Positions 8,223-15,995 of a stretch of DNA of 32,000 nucleotides are shown one piece after another. This DNA is from Geotalea uraniireducens Rf4 (GTDB taxonomy: Bacteria > Desulfobacterota > Desulfuromonadia > Geobacterales > Geobacteraceae): contig NC_009483.1 of assembly GCF_000016745.1 (NCBI RefSeq), positions 750,001-782,000 on the forward strand, given 5' to 3'. The notes under the pieces were generated by a model, which saw nothing but the letters and a program-made list of their open reading frames with translations, searched no databases and had not been told where the DNA came from. The translations under genes were made by a program, and so were the position numbers. How positions within the stretch are numbered: the first letter of the stretch is position 1; each line of letters starts with the position of its first letter.

Positions 8223-8293
8223 GGATCGAGGAACGAGGTTAAAGGATCGAGGATTAAGGACTTCCTTTCGCCTCGATCCTCGTTCCTCATTCC
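8223..8293. repeat. intercistronic palindrome built of tandem 7-nt units
   Basis: From 8224 the sequence reads GATCGAG GAACGAG GTTAAAG GATCGAG GATTAAG GACTTCC TTTCGCC TCGATCC TCGTTCC TCATTCC TCATTTA. GGATCGAGG (8244-8252) pairs with CCTCGATCC (8271-8279), and GGAACGA (8230-8236) pairs with TCGTTCC (8280-8286). It fills the whole gap between the PBP stop and the ykgJ start. Confidence 0.7.
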
Positions 8294-9643
8294 TCATTTA
8301 AAGAAGGCTTCCAGGGCCTTTTCCCCGACATGCGTCGCCTTGATGCGCCATTTGTTCTGGTTGATCACCAGGGCCACCAGCGCTATCTGCGGGTCCTCGA
8401 TCGGGGCGTAGGCGGCAAACCAGCTGTAGTGGCCGGCAGGGTCCTTGCCGTCGATGGAACCGGTCTTGGCGGCGATGTTTACCGAGGCGAGCATCGGCCT
8501 GCCGCGCCGGTCATGGAAGGCCTTTCTGGATGTGCCGCTATTGACGGTCGTGGAAAGCATCCGGGCCAGTTGGCCGCTAATTTCCGGCGCTACCAGCCGC
8601 TTCATCTGCCTGGGCTTCTGAACGAATACGGTCTCTCCCCGGTTGTTTCTTATTTCCTGTGCAAGCGAAGGCGCCATCATTACGCCGTCGTTGGCGATGG
8701 CCGCCATTAATGCCGCAACATGGAGAGGTGATATCTTGACCTCCCGGCCGAGACCTGCGCCCATCAATTTCAATGCATCGTCGGTAAGCGGAGTCGCCGC
8801 TTTACTGGGTATCACCGGAGTGCCGGGGAACAGGGTTTGATTGAAGCCGAACCGTTCGGCACATGATACCAGGGAATCCTTGCCGACCACGTCACTGGCA
8901 AGTCTGCCGAATACCGGGTTGACCGATTTGCCCATGGCAACGGAGAGGGGCATTTCCTGCCCCTTTCTTCGCGCATTTACGTACCAGTATTTTGGGTTCT
9001 CCGAGGTCAGCTTGCCGTTGAAGGCGAATACCGTTTCAGGCGAGACCTTTTTCTGTTCCAGGGCTGCCGTAGCGGTAATGATCTTGAAAAGCGACGCCAT
9101 GGGATAGAGATTGTAGCAGGAATTTCTTTCCCATGACTGATCCAGCGTCGAATGGCCTGCAAGCGCCAGCACCCGTCCGGTTTTCGGCTCTATGGCGACG
9201 AATACCCCGTAAGGGACCTTGTACTCCTTCATTACCCTTGTCACCCGCTGTTGCAACTCTTCATCTATTGAGTAGACGATGGTGCCCCCATCCGGCAACG
9301 GTGCAAGGAGTTGTTCGGCTTCAAAACGGGAAGAGGGGAGCATGTCGGCTGCCAGCTGGAAAGATTGCCAGGTGTCGAGGTCCTTGTATGAGACCGTTTT
9401 CTTTGCCGGCGTGGCGACGTTCCTGCCGACACTGGAAAGCGCATTCTTTGCGGTTACAAGCAGGTTGAATACCGGGTAGGCGGCAAGCAGCACAGCCAGA
9501 ATCGGCAGAATCAGGCGGAGCCGTTTTCGATCTGCCCCGGATTCTGTCAACTTTTTGCAAGCGTCGGTAGAAGGCTCTTCCTGTCGTGGAACGTTAAGCC
9601 GTATCAGTCGTTTTTTCTTTGACATATGTTTTAGGTCTTGCAT
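8294..9643 (-). CDS. penicillin-binding protein, transpeptidase domain (class B-like, short)
   Basis: 449 aa with an N-terminal membrane anchor (LILPILAVLLAAYPVF). The three serine acyl-transferase motifs occur in order: SLFK (SxxK), SVN (SxN) and KTGS (KTG). The start is ambiguous (ATG 9643 or 9625) and neither has a good SD. Confidence 0.85.
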   Translation of the reverse strand: MQDLKHMSKKKRLIRLNVPRQEEPSTDACKKLTESGADRKRLRLILPILAVLLAAYPVFNLLVTAKNALSSVGRNVATPAKKTVSYKDLDTWQSFQLAADMLPSSRFEAEQLLAPLPDGGTIVYSIDEELQQRVTRVMKEYKVPYGVFVAIEPKTGRVLALAGHSTLDQSWERNSCYNLYPMASLFKIITATAALEQKKVSPETVFAFNGKLTSENPKYWYVNARRKGQEMPLSVAMGKSVNPVFGRLASDVVGKDSLVSCAERFGFNQTLFPGTPVIPSKAATPLTDDALKLMGAGLGREVKISPLHVAALMAAIANDGVMMAPSLAQEIRNNRGETVFVQKPRQMKRLVAPEISGQLARMLSTTVNSGTSRKAFHDRRGRPMLASVNIAAKTGSIDGKDPAGHYSWFAAYAPIEDPQIALVALVINQNKWRIKATHVGEKALEAFFK

Positions 9644-9739
9644 GGCCTGCTTTATTGCATCGGATTGTCTTGATTCGGGTTACTGGCAGTGTCTTCGCAG
9701 TCGAACTATGCAATCGATAATAGGGGGATTTTTTCGACA

Positions 9740-9769
9740 ACTATATGTCAATCACCCTACATTTGTCAA
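9740..9769 (-). promoter_or_regulatory. candidate sigma70 promoter of the PBP gene
   Basis: Minus strand reads TTGACA (9769-9764), 18 nt, TATAGT (9745-9740), about 95 nt upstream of the PBP start. Confidence 0.35.
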
Positions 9770-9800
9770 CGACACGACCGGCAGGTGCGGTTAAAATGGG

Positions 9801-11150
9801 CTAACTGCCCGTGTTGCCGGAAACATTTTCTTTTTTGGGCGATGAGGCAACCAGCTCTTTGAGTGTCATGCCTGTCAATGTTGCGGCTGCGGCTCCGTTT
9901 GCCCTTGACAGGATCTCCTGCACATTCCCTTCACCGGTAAACCTGCCATGGCTGCCGTAATCCCTGAGGGAGAGCAGTACCTCATTGACGGTAATCTGAT
10001 CAAGTTCCCGGGCCGGTTGATAGGACGGCTCGTCGCCTGCCGTTGCCACCAGGTAGCCGTTTTCTGCAAGCTGGGTGAGGAGTTCCCGTACGAGCTTTAC
10101 CGGTATGTCCAGCTCTTTTGCCAGACGTTCCGATGTCAGGGGGGGATAGCCGAAATGAAAGGCAGTGGCGATATCCCGAAGTATGGACAGGGTAAGCAGC
10201 TCCTTCATGCCATGGCTGATATGGGGCGTGCGGAATTCGCGGCGGAAGGTCCTGATGTTCTGGTGGGCGGACACCACCTCCACGCCGAACAGTACGATCA
10301 GCCAGCTGGTATAGATCCAGACCATGAAGATGGGGAGCAGGGCCAGGGTTCCGTAAATGGCGTTATATTTGGCGACGCCGACCTGGAAGTGGATGTAGCC
10401 CCACTGGGCGATTTGCCAGATCGTTCCGGCCAGGACGCCGCCGATTATCGCAGACTTGAAACGGACCTTGGTGTTGGGGATGAAAATGTAGAGAAAGAAC
10501 ATGGCGAGCCAGATGCTGAAGTAAGGTATCAGGCGGAAGAATAAAAGCATGAGGTCGCCGATGTAGGCGGTTTCCACGAGCCATTTGACCATGGCCTGGC
10601 TTTGCAGGCTGGTGGTTATGCTTATGGCTGCCAGCATGAGGAGCGGACCGCTTACCAGCACGCTCAGGTAATCGCTGAACTTGCGATAGGGGGAGCGGGT
10701 TTCCCTGACACCCCAGACGACGTTGAATGCTTTCTCGATATTGCCGAGCAGGGTGATGACCGTTACGATGAGGGTAACAAGACCGATGGCTCCCATCGAT
10801 GTCATGTTGGTGTTGTTGATATAGGTGACGATCTTGTCGACCAGCTCGTGGGAACCGGCGGTGACCTGTTCCAGGATTAACGGTTCCAGTTTGTTCTGCA
10901 CCCCCAGTCCCTTCAACAGGGCAAAGGTGAGGGCGAAGAGGGGGACAATCGACAGTATCGTGGTAAAGGAGAGCGCCGAGGCGCGCAACATGCAGTTGTC
11001 ATCCAGGAAATTCTTTGCCACGAGCGCCATGATCTGGAGATACTTCACGCCGTAATGCCTGACGCCTTGATACGCGTCCGGGTCCATTTCCCAGAGGGTC
11101 CTGGAAAAGAAGGCGGCTATTCCGGCTTTATTTTCGGCATCTTTGATCAT
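9801..11150 (-). CDS. YihY/BrkB family membrane protein with C-terminal winged-helix-like extension
   Basis: The core LRASALSFTTILSIVPLFAL plus six TM segments is typical of YihY/virulence factor BrkB. The track start (GTG 11210) lies inside a terminator hairpin (11195-11227), so I use ATG 11150 (MIKDAENK...). The start remains uncertain. Confidence 0.75.
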   Translation of the reverse strand: MIKDAENKAGIAAFFSRTLWEMDPDAYQGVRHYGVKYLQIMALVAKNFLDDNCMLRASALSFTTILSIVPLFALTFALLKGLGVQNKLEPLILEQVTAGSHELVDKIVTYINNTNMTSMGAIGLVTLIVTVITLLGNIEKAFNVVWGVRETRSPYRKFSDYLSVLVSGPLLMLAAISITTSLQSQAMVKWLVETAYIGDLMLLFFRLIPYFSIWLAMFFLYIFIPNTKVRFKSAIIGGVLAGTIWQIAQWGYIHFQVGVAKYNAIYGTLALLPIFMVWIYTSWLIVLFGVEVVSAHQNIRTFRREFRTPHISHGMKELLTLSILRDIATAFHFGYPPLTSERLAKELDIPVKLVRELLTQLAENGYLVATAGDEPSYQPARELDQITVNEVLLSLRDYGSHGRFTGEGNVQEILSRANGAAAATLTGMTLKELVASSPKKENVSGNTGS

Positions 11151-11194
11151 GTCATGGCCGAGGGGATTATCCCGTGTTTGCGAATCATTCGCGC

Positions 11195-11227
11195 AGACAA
11201 AAAAACCCACGCTGGGTGGGCTTTTTT
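11195..11227 (-). terminator. rho-independent terminator (bidirectional shape) ending the DUF948-ytxH-RNA unit
   Basis: Minus strand reads AAAAAAGCCCACCCAGCGUGGGUUUUUUUG: a GC stem (CCCA/UGGG, extendable by A-U pairs) followed by U7. There is also a T-run on the plus strand. Confidence 0.7.
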
Positions 11228-11243
11228 GTCGCGATCAGGGTTA

Positions 11244-11422
11244 GGAACTGTAAACAAATAACATGGGCATCTTGCATCTCATCTTCAGGTCATCTTTAGC
11301 CGATCTTCAATCGCCAAATCCTCAACGTAGCCGTGCTACGTCTGCGGTTTAGCTCAATCAGTTCGGCCAAATCCGACCTAAATCTGAGCGCAATTTTGAC
11401 CATGTTATTCATTTACAGCTCC
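11244..11422 (-). ncRNA. candidate structured RNA, ~179-nt rod-like hairpin (6S-like architecture, identity unproven)
   Basis: Hand fold of the minus-strand transcript gives a 23-bp closing stem (GGAGCUGUAAAUGAAUAACAUGG / CCAUGUUAUUUGUUUACAGUUCC). Helices of 4, 4, 9, 9, 8 and 7 bp follow, ending in a CACGG loop, about 64 pairs in total. Eight are G-U on the minus strand (A-C on the plus strand). The two 2x2 loops are tandem G-A/A-G. It starts 6 nt after the ytxH stop, and a terminator lies 17 nt downstream. Confidence 0.45.
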
Positions 11423-11428
11423 TTAACG

Positions 11429-11743
11429 CTACATTTCCTTGTATTTCTCTTTTTCCCGTTCCATGGCTTCCTTGCCTGCTTCTATTGCCGAGGTGATGAT
11501 GGATTTTTTCTCCAGAACCAGATCCTTGCCGTCTTCATAGGAAGATCTGATCTTGTCCTGTGCCTCTGAGGCATATTCTTTAATCTTGTCCACCGCATCA
11601 TCGGCCAGGTCTTTTATCTTTCCCCGCAATTCCTCGCCGGTCTTCGGCGCCACTAGCAAAGCTACTCCCGCACCGACTGCCGCTCCTGCCAGGAAGGAAA
11701 GAAACACCGTTCCCGCACTTATACCTCTTTCATCGTCAGACAT
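11429..11743 (-). CDS. YtxH domain-containing protein
   Basis: Track ORF 11429..11779. ATG 11743 has a GGGGG SD and follows the upstream stop by 4 nt. FLAGAAVGAGVALLVAPKTGEELRGKIKD is the canonical YtxH N-terminal motif, followed by a charged helical tail. Confidence 0.8.
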   Translation of the reverse strand: MSDDERGISAGTVFLSFLAGAAVGAGVALLVAPKTGEELRGKIKDLADDAVDKIKEYASEAQDKIRSSYEDGKDLVLEKKSIITSAIEAGKEAMEREKEKYKEM

Positions 11744-11747
11744 ACCG

Positions 11748-12137
11748 TTACCCCCTTTTTTTGAAGATCTTGTCAGCAATCAATTTCCCGGCGACCTTTG
11801 CTCCGGTCATCCACAAGGAGGATTTTGACAGAAAACCGGTCACACCGCCGACAACAGCATTGATGGTGCGGATATTACGCCCGGCGTTTCCCAACTCCTC
11901 CATAAAAATCTTAACATCTTCGGCCTTGGTGGCGGCCTCTTCGGTAATGACCTTGAGATCGGTCAACGTGTCGTGCATGTCATGCAAAACAGGTTTGATA
12001 TCTTTCTCGATGCAGGCCAGAAACTCGCGGGTGGCGGCCGCAGTTTTCCGGATCTCCATGAATGCCGGGATCATGAAGCAGGCCAACACTATCAGGGTAA
12101 CTGCCATTACTACCACGGCAATGCTCAAGACTAACAT
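11748..12137 (-). CDS. DUF948 domain-containing membrane-anchored protein
   Basis: 129 aa with an N-terminal TM (MLVLSIAVVVMAVTLIVLACFMIPAF) followed by a coiled, charged region, the DUF948 layout. DUF948-YtxH gene pairs are a known conserved arrangement. Confidence 0.7.
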   Translation of the reverse strand: MLVLSIAVVVMAVTLIVLACFMIPAFMEIRKTAAATREFLACIEKDIKPVLHDMHDTLTDLKVITEEAATKAEDVKIFMEELGNAGRNIRTINAVVGGVTGFLSKSSLWMTGAKVAGKLIADKIFKKRG

Positions 12138-12227
12138 TCACACACTCCCTTCAGGGTTGAAAATAGGACAAGTATAGAGCAAATGCAAATTATTTCAACC
12201 AAAGTTAATATTTCACGTCCCATGAAT

Positions 12228-12266
12228 GACAACAGGCCGGCATTATTCATGCCGGCCTGTTGTTTT
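12228..12266. terminator. perfect 15-16 bp hairpin downstream of the cytochrome gene
   Basis: ACAACAGGCCGGCAT TATTC ATGCCGGCCTGTTGT, 28 nt beyond the cytochrome stop codon. The T-run (TTTTC) is on the plus-strand side only, so it is an atypical terminator for the minus-strand gene. Confidence 0.5.
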
Positions 12267-12293
12267 CTGCAGAGGCGCTGTGATATACGTCGC

Positions 12294-13160
12294 CTATTTT
12301 TTCTTGATTACGGCTTTTTTAGCTCCCTGCGGAGCGGCGCTTTCAGGTGTCGTTGCTGCAGGCCAGTGGTTCAGGTCATGGGCAATGTTGTGACACTGAC
12401 CGCATTTCGGGAACCTGGCCATCATGCCGGCAGGATGCGGAATGCCATGGCAATCCTGACATTTGGGAACCATCTTGTGCTTGGACTGGTGACAGGTCAC
12501 GCAGAGCACCGATTTGTGTTTTGCCGGGCTTGCGTTGAGCAGATCGTAAGCCTTTTTGTGGCAGGATCCGCAGAGTTTCGACTGGGTTTCGGCGCCATAG
12601 GTGACAACAAGCGGCATGTGAGCCTGATGGCATTTTTTGCAGTCGGTCGCCGTCATATCCTGCGCATGTGGTTTATGGCACTGGGTACACGGCGGAATCC
12701 TGCCGTGAACATTGTGGCAGAAAGAGCAGTTGAGGGCAGTGTGCTTGCTCTTGTTCTTGCGCAGTTTCTCGATCTGCGGGGTATGGCAGGTCAGGCAAGG
12801 GTCGGTGACGTTGTTGCCGAACTTGATGACTTTCGGGGTGTGCGGGTTCGAGTGACAGCCCAGACATCCTTTCAATCCGAAGTGGGGCTTACCCTCGTGG
12901 CACATGCTGCAATCGGGGATGATCTTTTTCACGGTCGGCGGATGACCGACGTGACAATCCTGGCAGGTGACGTTGGTCTTGTGGGCACCGCCGTTTGCGG
13001 CGACATCTGCGGGCGGTTTTGCATGGCACTTGACGCAGTCAGCGCTGGTCAGGGTCGCCTTTGCCCCCGGTTCCTGTGCGCATGCCATACCTGCAAAAGA
13101 AAAAATCGCAAGGGTTACGAATACTGCCGACAACAATTTACAACATTTTACTACTTTCAT
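12294..13160 (-). CDS. dodecahaem c-type cytochrome (c7-type polymer-like)
   Basis: Twelve CxxCH motifs: CVKCH, CQDCH, CSMCH, CLGCH, CLTCH, CSFCH, CTQCH, CKKCH, CGSCH, CVTCH, CQDCH, CGQCH. They fall within ~265 mature residues, about one haem per 22 aa. It has a signal peptide. ATG 13160 follows a strong SD (AAGGAGGAGG), whereas the track start 13181 has none. Confidence 0.9.
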   Translation of the reverse strand: MKVVKCCKLLSAVFVTLAIFSFAGMACAQEPGAKATLTSADCVKCHAKPPADVAANGGAHKTNVTCQDCHVGHPPTVKKIIPDCSMCHEGKPHFGLKGCLGCHSNPHTPKVIKFGNNVTDPCLTCHTPQIEKLRKNKSKHTALNCSFCHNVHGRIPPCTQCHKPHAQDMTATDCKKCHQAHMPLVVTYGAETQSKLCGSCHKKAYDLLNASPAKHKSVLCVTCHQSKHKMVPKCQDCHGIPHPAGMMARFPKCGQCHNIAHDLNHWPAATTPESAAPQGAKKAVIKKK

Positions 13161-13201
13161 TGCCTCCTCCTTAGTTTTCATTTGAAACGAATAATCGGAA
13201 T

Positions 13202-13231
13202 TAAATACACCGCCGACATATATGCTGTCAA
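13202..13231 (-). promoter_or_regulatory. candidate sigma70 promoter of the cytochrome gene
   Basis: Minus strand reads TTGACA (13231-13226), 18 nt, TATTTA (13207-13202), about 40 nt upstream of ATG 13160. Confidence 0.3.
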
Positions 13232-13392
13232 CACTATTTAAACGTTCCCGTATTTATTGCAAGATATTGTCTCGTTTTCTCCCGATTTTGCCGCGGTCTC
13301 GACGTGGATTTCTTTCGTTGCATCGTGTTGTAATCGGGACTCTCTACGTCCTTTTGCAAGGCGAAAAAAGACGCAGAAATGTTAGTTTAGGT

Positions 13393-13422
13393 TTGCACAC
13401 GGTTCCTCGAATGGTGTATTAT
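13393..13422 (+). promoter_or_regulatory. candidate sigma70 promoter of the repeat-protein gene
   Basis: TTGCAC (13393-13398), 18 nt, TATTAT (13417-13422), 44 nt upstream of ATG 13466. Confidence 0.3.
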
Positions 13423-13465
13423 CTCCCACATTTATCAAGAGTCGTTGCCACAATACAGGTGCCTG

Positions 13466-15427
13466 ATGAAGAAGACAATTTTCGTTTCCGTAATGTTGGT
13501 CGTGTGTATGTGGATTTCGGCGCTTTGGGCAGAGGTGCCGGGTACGGTCAGCGATCCTGCCGGCCAGGCTCTTGAAAAAAACCCGGCAACGGCCGATGCC
13601 GTTCTTGCCGGCGACGACAAAGCCGACCCCGTCGACAAAGAGACCTCGCCACAAAAGAGCACAGTCGCAAAAAAACCGCCGGTCAGCGGGATAAACTTCG
13701 GCGACCCTTACATCATGTCCTTGGATGGCACCGTCTCTGTGGCGAAGGCCACGGTTTTCACCATCAGGGCAGTGGGGGGCGTCTCCGGTGTCGCTAGAAG
13801 CGAATACCGCATTGACGGGGGGCAGTGGACGGCATATGAGCCGTTCACCATCGCTGCCGAGGGAGCGCATCTGATCGAATACCGCAGTGTCGACAATGGG
13901 GGGAACGTAGAGCAGATCCGTTCCTTGCCGGTGTATGTTGATCTTGCGCCGCCGGTAACCACCCTTTTCGTCGGAGCAAAAAAGATAGAAGCCGGCAGTC
14001 CTTTTTTAATCACCAGGAGTAGCACCATCACCCTGACCGCCACCGATGACTTTACCGGTGTCGATGCCATCGAGTACCGGATCGACGGCGGTCCCTGGCG
14101 TGCTTACGCCCCATTTACCGTCTCTGCCAAGGGGGGGCACACGATCGGTTTCAGAAGCAGGGACAAAGTGGGTAATCTTGAGGACGAAAAAACCGTCACG
14201 GCCGGTTCCGACAAGATCCCGCCCAAAACCGTCATCAGTGTCGGCGGACTTCAATATGCAGAGGCAATGGGGCCGCTGTATGCAACCGCCGGCACCCCCT
14301 TCATCCTGACCGTCGCCGAGAGCATTTCCGGCGTGTCAAGAACCGAATACAGCATTGATGAAGGACCATGGACAGCATACGCTCCCTTTATCATCGAAAG
14401 GGAAGGAGCGCACCGGATAGCCTACCGGAGTATCGACAGGGCGGCGAATGTGGAAACCGCGCACATTATTTCCGTGACGGTCGATTCGACGCCGCCGCAA
14501 ACGATGCTGTACGGCGCCGACCAGGAGCTTGAGTCGGGCGGTTCGCTTGCTGGCGACAAAGAGCTGAACTTCACCCTGCGCGCCTCCGACAAGATGTCGC
14601 CGCTCAAGGGCACGGAATACCGGGTCAACGATGGGCCGTGGACGCCTTATGCCCCCTTCGGTTTTACCGATGAAGGGGAATACCGGATTCAATACAGGAG
14701 CACCGACAGTGCTGGAAATATGGAGACTGCCCATTCCTTTACCGCGATTGTCGACAAGACTCCGCCGGTATCCGAGATAACCATCGATCTGCCGAAGCGC
14801 GATGTTGATGGCGTGACCCATATCAACGGCACGACAACCCTTATGCCGAAGGCATCGGACAACCTCGCGGGTGTCGATAAGATGGAATACCGGATTGTCG
14901 GGAAGGGCGACGAGCGCTACACGACCCCTTTCAGTATCCAGACCCGGGGCGAATACCGGATCGAATACCAGGCAGTCGACAAGGTGGGAAACCTGGAGCC
15001 TGCCAAAACTTTGGTGGTGGTTGTGGACGATACGCTGCCGGCAGTCGATACCCCTGATGGCAAACCCGTCGAAGAAGTGGACGGGGTAAAGAAACACATT
15101 TTCAAGTTCGATGAGAAATCTGCCCTTGCCGCCACGGCCGGGGTGGGCGTGGCTCCTGCACCTGCTGTTGCCGTTGCGGCACAATCAGCGAAGGATGGTG
15201 CCGTCCCCCTTAAATGGAGTCCGAACGATCAGGTCTTGAGCGATGACTTTGCTGCAGAACGGAAGGACCCGGCTGTCAACCGGGACGAACCGGGCAGCTA
15301 CGGGGCAAGAAGCGCATCTCTCCGGGTTGGGGGTGCCGGCGCGAGGAGTGACACCCTCAGCACGTTGGAGTATGTTACCTTCGGTTTCATAAATATTGTT
15401 TTGATACTCGGCGTCATGCTCTTGTAG
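13466..15427 (+). CDS. secreted surface protein with five tandem ~90-aa beta modules (OmpL47-type / Ig-like repeat motif) and hydrophobic C-terminal tail
   Basis: I start at ATG 13466 (MKKTIFVSVMLVVCMWISALWA|EV signal peptide). The motif EYR(I/V)DGGxW..Y.PF....EG.H.I.YRS.D..GN.E......V..D..PP recurs with its E codon at 13802, 14072, 14345, 14615 and 14885, a spacing of 270-273 nt. The protein ends in LEYVTFGFINIVLILGVMLL with no basic tail. Confidence 0.8.
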   Translation: MKKTIFVSVMLVVCMWISALWAEVPGTVSDPAGQALEKNPATADAVLAGDDKADPVDKETSPQKSTVAKKPPVSGINFGDPYIMSLDGTVSVAKATVFTIRAVGGVSGVARSEYRIDGGQWTAYEPFTIAAEGAHLIEYRSVDNGGNVEQIRSLPVYVDLAPPVTTLFVGAKKIEAGSPFLITRSSTITLTATDDFTGVDAIEYRIDGGPWRAYAPFTVSAKGGHTIGFRSRDKVGNLEDEKTVTAGSDKIPPKTVISVGGLQYAEAMGPLYATAGTPFILTVAESISGVSRTEYSIDEGPWTAYAPFIIEREGAHRIAYRSIDRAANVETAHIISVTVDSTPPQTMLYGADQELESGGSLAGDKELNFTLRASDKMSPLKGTEYRVNDGPWTPYAPFGFTDEGEYRIQYRSTDSAGNMETAHSFTAIVDKTPPVSEITIDLPKRDVDGVTHINGTTTLMPKASDNLAGVDKMEYRIVGKGDERYTTPFSIQTRGEYRIEYQAVDKVGNLEPAKTLVVVVDDTLPAVDTPDGKPVEEVDGVKKHIFKFDEKSALAATAGVGVAPAPAVAVAAQSAKDGAVPLKWSPNDQVLSDDFAAERKDPAVNRDEPGSYGARSASLRVGGAGARSDTLSTLEYVTFGFINIVLILGVMLL

Positions 15428-15524
15428 CTACGGGGTTATTCATAACGCATCGAGGTCGCCGGATGACCCGTTTTTCAGGTTGAAATAAGCGTGTTACGAT
15501 TCTTGGGGTCAAGCGAGGGATATC

Positions 15525-15863
15525 ATGAAATTCAAGGGGATTTTACCGTTACTGCTCGTTTTTTTCATTTGCGGCACTGTTCACGCAGGGACAACCGGTG
15601 CGCAGGGCGAAGCGAGGCAGACGCAGGGCGATATTGATGCCCAGGTGCAGGAGATCCAGGGGAAACTGCTCAACGACGAGGGAATCATGGCCTTGATTCT
15701 CTCCATGCAGAATGACCCGGAGGTGCAGGCGCTCCTGAGCGATCCGGCCGTGGTGAATGCGGTAGCTGCCGGTGACGTCAAAGCCCTTGCCGACAATCCG
15801 CGTTTCATGCAGCTCCTCAACAAGCCCCAGGTCCGGGAGATCCAGAAACGGGTCAACCGGTGA
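15525..15863 (+). CDS. small secreted helical protein (STI1/DP-like repeat flavour)
   Basis: 112 aa with signal peptide MKFKGILPLLLVFFICGTVHA and a GAGGGA SD. The mature part (MQNDPEVQALLSDPAVVNAVAAGDVKALADNPRFMQLL) resembles DP/STI1-type helical repeats. The function is unknown. Confidence 0.6.
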   Translation: MKFKGILPLLLVFFICGTVHAGTTGAQGEARQTQGDIDAQVQEIQGKLLNDEGIMALILSMQNDPEVQALLSDPAVVNAVAAGDVKALADNPRFMQLLNKPQVREIQKRVNR

Positions 15864-15995
15864 GCGTCGGGCAAGGAGCAGCGGGCCGCCGCTGCATCTT
15901 TGCAGCCGGCAAATTCTGATACCAAATGACATCGTTTTCGGGAGCAGGCACGAAGGCATTCCGGCTCCCTGACTGCCCATTGCCCTGACTGAAAG

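Noticed and set aside
11151-11210. First 20 codons (GTG start) of track ORF 9801..11210
   Set aside because: The proposed start lies inside the stem and T-run of the terminator that ends the upstream transcription unit. The internal ATG 11150 is preferred, although it lacks a clear SD, so the start remains uncertain.
12183-13241. 352-aa plus-strand ORF opposite the cytochrome gene, and similar antisense ORFs 14336..15184, 20027..21121, 4678..5466, 5995..6603, 8330..8710
   Set aside because: All are codon-aligned mirror frames of genes with unmistakable signatures (12 CxxCH motifs, repeat modules, PPase, AI-2E, PBP motifs). None has an SD or a recognisable domain.
13161-13465. GEMM-type (c-di-GMP / cGAMP) riboswitch upstream of the multihaem cytochrome, as is common in Geobacter
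   Set aside because: I read the minus strand of the divergent region and found no GGCAAACC...GACGCAAAGCC-like paired-hairpin signature. The best promoter match leaves only about 35 nt of leader. A covariance-model scan would be needed to exclude it fully.
13222-13870. ORFs 13222..13575 (+) and 13382..13870 (-) in or overlapping the cytochrome/repeat-protein divergent region
   Set aside because: They have no SD, an odd composition (R/C/G-rich), and overlap the promoter region and the signal-peptide end of the well-supported repeat-protein gene.
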